From a virus, in IMG/VR virus record IMGVR_UViG_3300045988_119088, positions 1-17,705 of that record: a stretch of DNA of 17,705 bases. The stretch is one strand, 5' to 3'. The notes under the pieces were generated by a model. The model was not told where the DNA came from, did no database searches, and worked only from the letters and a program-made list of their open reading frames with translations. The translations under genes and the position numbers were made by a program. Of the stretch, positions 1 to 6,204 are shown in pieces. How positions within the stretch are numbered: the first letter of the stretch is position 1; each line of letters begins with the position of its first letter.

Positions 1-129
1 GCTCACCCATTCTCGCCAACGTTCCCATTTCCCCAACGCAACACAGTACAAATCACACAGCACCACACAACACCCTGGCACTATGTACACTACAGTGCAT
101 TGTGTAAGTTGCACAAATATAAAGTGGCG
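1..129. repeat. Left inverted terminal repeat (129 bp)
   Basis: The reverse complement of 17577-17705 matches 1-129 exactly by hand comparison. The match breaks at position 130 (g versus c). Confidence 0.97.
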
Positions 130-158
130 GATTTGTGCAATATTTTCTGAAAAACCTA

Positions 159-187
159 TTGACAAATAGCAAGGGCTATGTTATACT
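159..187 (+). promoter_or_regulatory. Sigma-A-type promoter P1 (TTGACA-17 nt-TGtTATACT)
   Basis: TTGACA at 159-164, a 17-nt spacer ending in TGt, and TATACT at 182-187. It sits upstream of the first gene and shares CCTATTGACAAAT with the promoter at 7834. Confidence 0.75.
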
Positions 188-233
188 ATAATCACAAAGA
201 GGAAATAAACCAACACGAAAAGGAGACTAACAA

Positions 234-458
234 ATGAAAAAATACACACAAAAGGAATTGCGCCAGCTTGTGCGGCTGGGCGTAGCTGAAGACTGCACCA
301 ATAAGCCGAGCGACTATATTTACACGCTTAGCAGGCTTGACAAAGTGGGTTATTCTGCCGGGGTTTATGGCATCAACGGCGGGCTTGCACAAGACCCGGA
401 AACCGGCACATTATATGCCATTATTGGGCGTTGTTCTAATCTGTTTATTTTGTTTTAA
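234..458 (+). CDS. Hypothetical early protein (74 aa)
   Basis: ATG is preceded by AAAGGAG with 8-nt spacing. It is the first gene after P1. I recognise no family. Confidence 0.7.
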   Translation: MKKYTQKELRQLVRLGVAEDCTNKPSDYIYTLSRLDKVGYSAGVYGINGGLAQDPETGTLYAIIGRCSNLFILF

Positions 459-472
459 AAGGAGGATTAACC

Positions 473-685
473 ATGTTAGCGTTACAACTAGGCATAGTAT
501 CAATTGTAGGCGCTGCCATTGGCGCATTGTTACTCGCATTATACAATATTCATCAAGTTAACATGGCAGCAGACCGCAGACACGATGAAAGCATACAACG
601 TAGCATAGCGCGTATTAATCGAACCCGTAGGCAGATAGAGCGCGAACGGATAGCGGCAATTATTCAGGAAATGGAGGATTATTAA
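473..685 (+). CDS. Small membrane protein: N-terminal TM helix plus basic helical tail (70 aa)
   Basis: AGGAGG RBS. A hydrophobic segment (LALQLGIVSIVGAAIGALLLALY) is followed by an Arg-rich helix. The stop overlaps the next start (TAATG). Confidence 0.7.
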   Translation: MLALQLGIVSIVGAAIGALLLALYNIHQVNMAADRRHDESIQRSIARINRTRRQIERERIAAIIQEMEDY

Positions 686-1359
686 TGAAAGTTCTTATAG
701 CGTGCGAGGAGAGCCAGACGGTGTGCAAGGCGTTCCGCGAAAAAGGGCACGAGGCGTACAGCTGTGACATAATAGAACCATCGGGAGGGCATCCTGAGTG
801 GCACATACTCGGCGATGCCATTGCCGCCCTGGAAGGCGGCGTGATAACCACGATGGACGGACAGACGCATGATGTGGGGAAGTGGGATTTGCTTATTGCA
901 CACCCGCCGTGCACATATCTAACCGTCAGCGGAAACCGTTGGTTTAACGAAGAACGATACGGAGAGAAAGCCCGCAGGCGTAAAGAGTTGAGAAATGACG
1001 CAGCTAATTTCTTTATGTCGTTCATAAATGCCAATGTCAGTAAAATTGCTGTTGAAAACCCAATTGGATATATGTCCACACACTACCGTAAGCCAGATTG
1101 CATTATTCAGCCTTGGATGTTCGGACACCATGCGAGAAAGCCGACTTGTTTATGGCTCAAGGGATTACCGGCATTACAGCCGACAAGTATTGTGGACGCT
1201 GGTGTACTACTTCCAGGCGGATACAGCGTGGGCGCATCGGCTTGTTATGCTGTTGACGAAAGCGGGAAAATACTATCATGGAATGACCCCCGCACGGCAA
1301 AGATACGCTCCAAGACCTTCCACGGCATAGCAAAAGCTATGGCGGAACAATGGGGATAA
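685..1359 (+). CDS. Minimal C5-cytosine-methyltransferase-like protein (224 aa)
   Basis: Motif IV-like HPPCTYLTVSG, motif VI-like AVENPIG, motif VIII-like QPWMFGHHARKPTCLW, and a C-terminal GIAKAMAEQW (motif X-like). The canonical FxGxG motif I is replaced by IACEESQ, and the target-recognition region is very short. Confidence 0.6.
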   Translation: MKVLIACEESQTVCKAFREKGHEAYSCDIIEPSGGHPEWHILGDAIAALEGGVITTMDGQTHDVGKWDLLIAHPPCTYLTVSGNRWFNEERYGEKARRRKELRNDAANFFMSFINANVSKIAVENPIGYMSTHYRKPDCIIQPWMFGHHARKPTCLWLKGLPALQPTSIVDAGVLLPGGYSVGASACYAVDESGKILSWNDPRTAKIRSKTFHGIAKAMAEQWG

Positions 1360-1380
1360 ACTCGAAATGGAGGGTCATTA

Positions 1381-1590
1381 ATGAAACTCGTTCATTTGCG
1401 TGAGCGTAGTGTAGCCTGTTTATGCCGTTACGGCTGGTATGACACATGGCGCTATCGTTACGAATATGTAGACTTTACGCGCCGGTATGAAAACGGCAAA
1501 CAATATATAATCGCTAAACGTTACAGGCTCATAGATATAGCATATCGTGACTACGATACTTTTGAAGTTGTCAAAGTTATTGGTGATTAA
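1381..1590 (+). CDS. Hypothetical Tyr/Arg-rich protein (69 aa)
   Basis: GGAGGG RBS 7 nt upstream of the ATG. No recognisable motifs. Confidence 0.6.
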   Translation: MKLVHLRERSVACLCRYGWYDTWRYRYEYVDFTRRYENGKQYIIAKRYRLIDIAYRDYDTFEVVKVIGD

Positions 1591-1613
1591 TCACGAATTT
1601 ATCAAAAAGGGGG

Positions 1614-1642
1614 TTGACAAATCGCTTAATATGTGATATCAT
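1614..1642 (+). promoter_or_regulatory. Sigma-A-type promoter P2 (TTGACA-17 nt-TGaTATCAT)
   Basis: TTGACA at 1614-1619, a 17-nt spacer ending in TGa, and TATCAT at 1637-1642. It is followed by the same 12 nt (ATAATCACAAAG) that follow the -10 of P1. Confidence 0.75.
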
Positions 1643-1648
1643 ATAATC

Positions 1649-1798
1649 ACAAAGTTAATAAGGGCGCGGCTTTGTGGTTCTTCCTGTTCCCACCGTTCTG
1701 TATAGCATTCCCTAAGCGCCCTTTTATATGCGGTAATAGTGTAGGTTGGTGCAAATCCAGCAGCCGCAATAAAATATATTATAAAGGAGTCAAACACA
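1649..1798 (+). promoter_or_regulatory. Long (~150 nt) untranslated, potentially structured leader downstream of P2
   Basis: No credible ORF lies between the predicted start site and the ATG at 1799. Complementary segments are 1648-1654/1670-1676 (7 bp), 1660-1667/1716-1723 (8 bp), 1674-1677/1690-1693 and 1729-1733/1764-1768. Confidence 0.4.
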
Positions 1799-2095
1799 AT
1801 GGCAAGAAACACAATCACCCGTACCATGAAAACCACTCATGCAACCGTAATGGTAGTAGACACTGAGACGGCAGAGGTTAGCAACCTCACGTTCGAGCTG
1901 CCCGGCACGTTCAAGGATGACGGCGCAACACTCAAGGCAATTGCAAAAGTCGCAGACGTACCCACAACCACTAAAATTGTTGCAGTCGTAGAACGTGACG
2001 TTTCCGAGCAGCTTTATGCAATCTCTGAGGCCGATTTTCTCAAGTACGCACGCCCTGTAGTAAAGCCCGAAACCGACGCCGACAACATCATGTAA
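1799..2095 (+). CDS. phi29 p6-like double-stranded DNA-binding (histone-like) protein (98 aa)
   Basis: AAAGGAG RBS. Size, position (first gene of the replication operon) and the N-terminal pattern NTITRTMKTTHATVMVVD resemble recalled phi29 p6 (REITKTTVNVAKMVMVD). It has an acidic C-terminus. Confidence 0.55.
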   Translation: MARNTITRTMKTTHATVMVVDTETAEVSNLTFELPGTFKDDGATLKAIAKVADVPTTTKIVAVVERDVSEQLYAISEADFLKYARPVVKPETDADNIM

Positions 2096-2114
2096 TTGAA
2101 AAGGAGAAACAACA

Positions 2115-2492
2115 ATGAATTACGAAGTAAAAATCAGCGAATGCAGCAAAGACCTTAAAGCCCGTGAGCGTCTTTTCGTAAAGGATACCTCGGACGCAAT
2201 CAAGCTCGATGAAGCAACCGCAGAGGGCGAAATAATCATCACCCCAGCATATTATGCAATTCTCGGCATACACAACGAAAAAGCCGACGATGTTGATTAT
2301 GAAACCTATGTCGTTGTTGACATAGCTGGAAACAAGTTCGTAACCGGAAGCGATAGCTTTTTCAAATCGTTCCTCGAAATTTATACTGAAATGAACGACG
2401 AGGACGAAGAATACAGTATCAAGGTTTACCGCCTTGAGAGCAAAAATTACAAGGGCAAATCCTTTATCACCTGTTCAATTGTGAACGAATAA
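2115..2492 (+). CDS. phi29 p5-like single-stranded DNA-binding protein (125 aa)
   Basis: AAAGGAGA RBS. 125 aa versus 124 aa for phi29 p5, in the same gene order. The C-terminal pattern YSIKVYRLESKNYKGKSFITCSI resembles recalled p5 (FKVKVVQGTSSKGNVFFSLQL). Confidence 0.55.
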   Translation: MNYEVKISECSKDLKARERLFVKDTSDAIKLDEATAEGEIIITPAYYAILGIHNEKADDVDYETYVVVDIAGNKFVTGSDSFFKSFLEIYTEMNDEDEEYSIKVYRLESKNYKGKSFITCSIVNE

Positions 2493-2500
2493 AATATAAT

Positions 2501-2533
2501 TAAGCAACACGGACTAGCAATCCGTGTTGCTTA
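2501..2533 (+). terminator. Strong hairpin (13-bp stem, 7-nt loop) without a 3' U-tract; possible attenuator or mRNA-stability element
   Basis: TAAGCAACACGGA / CTAGCAA / TCCGTGTTGCTTA. It lies between the abundant-protein genes (p6/p5-like) and the TP/DNAP genes. On the + strand it is followed by TGTAAAGG, which is not T-rich. Confidence 0.45.
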
Positions 2534-2552
2534 TGTAAAGGAAGTGGCGGAC

Positions 2553-3215
2553 ATGGCAAAAAGGAATAAACCAAAACGCCAAACGCAGCGTTCAAAAAAT
2601 GTCGCAGCTTGGAACAAAGAAGTAAAACGCATAATCCGATGGAGTAACAAGCTTGCAAAAGAGGGTTTAATTGTAGATTTATCCGCAATAGATTTATCTA
2701 CACCGACGCGCATCACAAAGGCTAAGTTAAACGCGCTTCACGCTGTCCGAGGGAAAGCGCTTTACTCTAATTTTAATGTATATGCAAGTGCATGGGAAAC
2801 AGGCAGTCAGGCGCATGCATTAGCTCTCACCGGAATTGCAGTCGGCAAAAAATTAACTCAGCAGCAAATAAAGGCATATCGCAAAGCAAGCCGTGAATAT
2901 GTTGCAGACATAGACGAACAAAATAACCCGGATTTTAGCGCGGAGGATAATGCATACAATAACGCCATAACAAAACTTAGGCAAGGGCAAACACCAGAAT
3001 CCGAGAGAGCATTAGCGCTATTTACTGCGCACTCAGATGATGCAGTTTTCAAGCACAATATTTTACGTGCAGAGGGCGAAGTTGTAGCTAATATAGACGT
3101 AATAGTCTACAACAGCAAGGCTATATACCGAGAGTCAAGCTACAATGAGCTAATATCTATCGTCTTACAACGTCCGTTATCCCTACAAGAGTCTGAGCAG
3201 CTGTCACACCAATGA
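2553..3215 (+). CDS. Candidate terminal protein (priming protein), ~220 aa
   Basis: It lies immediately upstream of the DNAP and is translationally coupled to it (ATGA overlap at 3212-3215), as in phi29 genes 3-2. The N-terminus is very basic (KRNKPKRQTQRSKN) and the C-terminus is Ser/Tyr-rich. I prefer the ATG at 2553 (AGGAAG 8 nt upstream) over the track's GTG at 2544. Confidence 0.6.
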   Translation: MAKRNKPKRQTQRSKNVAAWNKEVKRIIRWSNKLAKEGLIVDLSAIDLSTPTRITKAKLNALHAVRGKALYSNFNVYASAWETGSQAHALALTGIAVGKKLTQQQIKAYRKASREYVADIDEQNNPDFSAEDNAYNNAITKLRQGQTPESERALALFTAHSDDAVFKHNILRAEGEVVANIDVIVYNSKAIYRESSYNELISIVLQRPLSLQESEQLSHQ

Positions 3216-5152
3216 GCAAAATATTAGTCGGGGACTTTGAAACAACAGTTTATAAAGGGCAAAAGCGCACTGACGTCTGGGCAGCTGCTTTTGTTGAATT
3301 AGGAACAGAAGATGTGCAACTTTACGGGAATATATACGACGCATGGGAATACTTAGTTTCACTCAACCAAAAGTTAATTGTATATTTTCACAACTTAAAA
3401 TTTGACGGTGCTTTCCTTTTATCGTTCTTCCTGAAAGATAAGCAGTTTAAACAAGCCTACAATATTCTTAACGAAGAGCAGACCGACTATGAATTCTTAG
3501 CTAATAAGGAGATGCAAAACAACACGGTTAAATACTTAATCTCAGACCTCGGCCAATGGTATACAATAACTGTTAAGGTAAACAACAACATAATCGAATT
3601 TCGCGACAGCCTAAAACTGCTACCCTTTTCTGTCAAGGAAATAGGCCGAAGTTTTAAGACTAAGCATCAAAAGCTTGATATGGAATATGAGGGCTTACGT
3701 TATCCGAACTGCGAGATAACCCCCGAAGAACAGGAGTATATCAAAAACGACGTTCTTGTAGTCAAAGAAGCTCTTGAACTTATGATTGCAGAGGGGCATG
3801 ACAAGCTCACAATAGGCGCTTGTTGTCTCAAGGAGTTTAAACACGGCTTTGACCGCTTTGAATACAGACGTTTTTTCCCTGACCTTAGCGCTCTTGAATT
3901 AACCGAACGTTTCAAATACCCGACAGCAGATGCTTACATCCGCAGAGCTTACAAAGGTGGCTGGTGCTACGTTGTAAAGAACAAAGCGCATAAAACATAC
4001 TACAATGGCACAACAGCAGATGTAAATTCACTTTACCCATCTATGATGAGTAGTGAAAGCGGCAACATATACCCATACGGTCAACCGCATTTCTGGAAAG
4101 GTAACTATATCCCAAAAGACGCTCTTGATGGTAGGCATTACTATTTTATTCGGATTAAAACTCGTTTTCGTATCAAGCCAGGTTACTTGCCGTTCATACA
4201 AATCAAGAACACGTTTCGTTACCGTGGTAACGAATGCCTTGAGAGTAGCAGCCTAACCGACGCAGACGGCAGAGAAACACGCTTCTATACCGACGCAGAC
4301 GGCATAACGCATGACACAAGTGTTGAGCTTACACTAACCATGACGGACTGGAAGCTCATGCAAGAACATTATTACTTATTCGATTGCGAAATATTAGACG
4401 GATGCTATTTTAGAGCAGCAGCCGGCTTCTTTGATGACTACATGGAAAAATACAAGAAAGAAAAACAGACAAGCAAAGGTGCAAAACGTCAGCTTGCTAA
4501 GTTATTCTTAAACAACCTGTATGGCAAAATGGCAACGAGCACAAACAGCAGCTTTAAAGTCGCGCGAGTAGACGAGAACGGCGTTCTTAAATTCCTTGTA
4601 GTCCCCCGGCACGACAAGCATGCTGGGTACATACCAATAGGCGCAGCTATAACTTCATATGCTCGTAACTTCACGATACGAGCAGCACAAGCTAACTATT
4701 ATGGCGCGGACAAACCCGGCTTTATTTACGCCGATACCGACAGCATTCACTGTGACCTATCCCCTGATGAAATGCAGGGCATTGTTGTGCATCCCACTGA
4801 TTTTTGTTGCTGGAAACTTGAAAGCGAATGGGATATAGCATACTTCACGCGCCAAAAGACATATATTGAGCACGTCGTGAAGTCTGACGGTGAACCCTGC
4901 AATCCTCGTTATGATGTACGTTGCGCTGGAATGAGTGAAACATGCAAAGACCTTTTCTTGCATGCTATATCAGATAAAGCGCCCGAAGCATTCCCAAGGT
5001 ATAATGAGTTACCCGAAGAACAGCAACAATTTTTACAGAACAAATTAACGTTAACAGACTTTGACATAGGTTTAAAAATACCCGGCAAGCTAACGCCAAG
5101 ACAGATACCCGGTGGAGTGCTGTTAACCGAAACAACTTATGAAATGAGGTAG
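3212..5152 (+). CDS. Protein-primed family-B DNA polymerase (646 aa)
   Basis: Exo I GDFETT, Exo II YFHNLKFDGAFLL, Exo III YIKNDVLVVKEAL, motif A DVNSLYPSMM, motif B KLFLNNLYGKMAT, motif C YADTDSIH, and KxY RQKTYIE. These are near-identical to recalled phi29 gp2 motifs. TPR1-like (GYLPFIQIKNTFRY) and TPR2 regions are present. Confidence 0.95.
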   Translation: MSKILVGDFETTVYKGQKRTDVWAAAFVELGTEDVQLYGNIYDAWEYLVSLNQKLIVYFHNLKFDGAFLLSFFLKDKQFKQAYNILNEEQTDYEFLANKEMQNNTVKYLISDLGQWYTITVKVNNNIIEFRDSLKLLPFSVKEIGRSFKTKHQKLDMEYEGLRYPNCEITPEEQEYIKNDVLVVKEALELMIAEGHDKLTIGACCLKEFKHGFDRFEYRRFFPDLSALELTERFKYPTADAYIRRAYKGGWCYVVKNKAHKTYYNGTTADVNSLYPSMMSSESGNIYPYGQPHFWKGNYIPKDALDGRHYYFIRIKTRFRIKPGYLPFIQIKNTFRYRGNECLESSSLTDADGRETRFYTDADGITHDTSVELTLTMTDWKLMQEHYYLFDCEILDGCYFRAAAGFFDDYMEKYKKEKQTSKGAKRQLAKLFLNNLYGKMATSTNSSFKVARVDENGVLKFLVVPRHDKHAGYIPIGAAITSYARNFTIRAAQANYYGADKPGFIYADTDSIHCDLSPDEMQGIVVHPTDFCCWKLESEWDIAYFTRQKTYIEHVVKSDGEPCNPRYDVRCAGMSETCKDLFLHAISDKAPEAFPRYNELPEEQQQFLQNKLTLTDFDIGLKIPGKLTPRQIPGGVLLTETTYEMR

Positions 5153-5156
5153 ACAT

Positions 5157-5534
5157 ATGGAAATTAAGAAATGTCCCTGTTGTGGAGCTAAAGCGAAACT
5201 TTTAAAGGAGGATTTAGCATGGTATAGAGTAAAATGCATAGGCGATGGGTGTAATATTATGACACCTTTATGTTTTACAATAGATACCGCTGTAGAGATA
5301 TGGAACAACCGATATGTTGAGCAACCGCAAAATGAACGGGTAAAATACGCTCTCATGCGTCTTGAAGAAAACGGCTTTGAAGCTCGATGCGTGAATGATG
5401 CGCAGGGACTTATTCATTGCTACGACAGAGACGGCGAATTGGTGCGCTATTATGCTACCACAGGAAAGATAGAGGGCAGTGATAAAAAAGGCATACTTCG
5501 CTTGCTTGACAGACTGAGAGGATATGGGGTATAA
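5157..5534 (+). CDS. Lar-family (restriction-alleviation-like) zinc-ribbon domain fused to an unknown C-terminal domain (125 aa)
   Basis: The N-terminus KCPCCGAKAKL...VKCIGDGCN...TIDTAVEIWNNR matches the Lar_restr_allev pattern CPxCG...C..C...eAi..WN.R. The C-terminal ~65 aa are unassigned. GAGGTAG RBS. Confidence 0.65.
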   Translation: MEIKKCPCCGAKAKLLKEDLAWYRVKCIGDGCNIMTPLCFTIDTAVEIWNNRYVEQPQNERVKYALMRLEENGFEARCVNDAQGLIHCYDRDGELVRYYATTGKIEGSDKKGILRLLDRLRGYGV

Positions 5535-5782
5535 TGGCTAAATCAATCTGTTATGATTTTCGTACCGACATATTGATACACCACATCGACGTTTCTGAAA
5601 ATCTCTTACCTTATTTTGACGGTCGATACTTCATGCATCACAGAGCAAAACGCAGTGGGTATGTACAAAAACGTTATTGTTTAATTCGCGCTTATTCAGG
5701 TCGCTTTGGTGTCGGGTACATCCTTGCATCAAACGCTGGTCACGGTAACGTGTGGGTAGACTATTATATTAAAGGAGAATAA
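5534..5782 (+). CDS. Hypothetical protein (82 aa)
   Basis: Start overlaps the previous stop (TAATG). No motifs recognised. Confidence 0.55.
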   Translation: MAKSICYDFRTDILIHHIDVSENLLPYFDGRYFMHHRAKRSGYVQKRYCLIRAYSGRFGVGYILASNAGHGNVWVDYYIKGE

Positions 5783-5783
5783 C

Positions 5784-6056
5784 ATGAAGTATATAAACAA
5801 GTATTTTGTATCTCGTAAGTATTACGACGGCGCATGCGCAGCCTATCAGAAAGCAATTAGTCGCCTCATGGAAGAAAACAAGGCATATGAAGCAAAATTT
5901 AGAAAAATCATTGAGTGCATGGGGTCATTAAAAACCGTGTTAAATGATTACGACGATATTTGCGAAGCAATTTCAAAAATAGTCGATGTGGATTGCAATT
6001 TAAGGACAGTCGCCTATAAGTTAGGGAGGATTCTAGATGACCACGAAATGTTTTGA
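5784..6056 (+). CDS. Hypothetical helical protein (90 aa)
   Basis: AAAGGAGA RBS 6 nt upstream of the ATG. Confidence 0.6.
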   Translation: MKYINKYFVSRKYYDGACAAYQKAISRLMEENKAYEAKFRKIIECMGSLKTVLNDYDDICEAISKIVDVDCNLRTVAYKLGRILDDHEMF

Positions 6057-6204
6057 GTGCTACGGCTCACGCACAGGAGTTTGCAAGAACACAAATACAG
6101 TCTTTAGAGATAAGGAGTGCGAATATTATGTTGATAATTTCTCAGTCAGAGAGCATAAGCAATTTAATCGACGCAAGCGGAATGCTAACGGTGTACAAAG
6201 ATGA
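6037..6204 (+). CDS. Small Cys-rich basic protein, 55 aa (not in the ORF track)
   Basis: Hand-translated as MTTKCFECYGSRTGVCKNTNTVFRDKECEYYVDNFSVREHKQFNRRKRNANGVQR. A strong GGGAGGA RBS lies 6 nt upstream. Its stop overlaps the next start as ATGA (6201-6204). Cys pattern is CxxC-x7-C-x11-C. Confidence 0.6.
   Translation: MTTKCFECYGSRTGVCKNTNTVFRDKECEYYVDNFSVREHKQFNRRKRNANGVQR

Noticed and set aside
1-129. ITRs as the ends of a transposon, IS element or integrated prophage.
   Set aside because: There is no transposase, integrase or flanking host DNA. The ITRs are the exact window ends, and a terminal protein/protein-primed polymerase pair is present. These are replication origins of a linear genome.
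1633-1866. A 77-aa ORF covering the P2 leader, with a possible internal TTG at 1672 encoding a hydrophobic peptide.
   Set aside because: It begins inside the promoter, upstream of the predicted start site. It overlaps the well-supported p6-like gene out of frame. The internal TTG has only a weak AAGGG upstream. I treat the region as non-coding leader, but Ribo-seq could revisit this.
2543-2551. A third partial copy (AGTGGCGGA) of the shared 14-mer, at the TP gene start.
   Set aside because: Only 9 nt match, which is well within chance expectation for a 17.7-kb sequence. Here it overlaps the RBS and start region.
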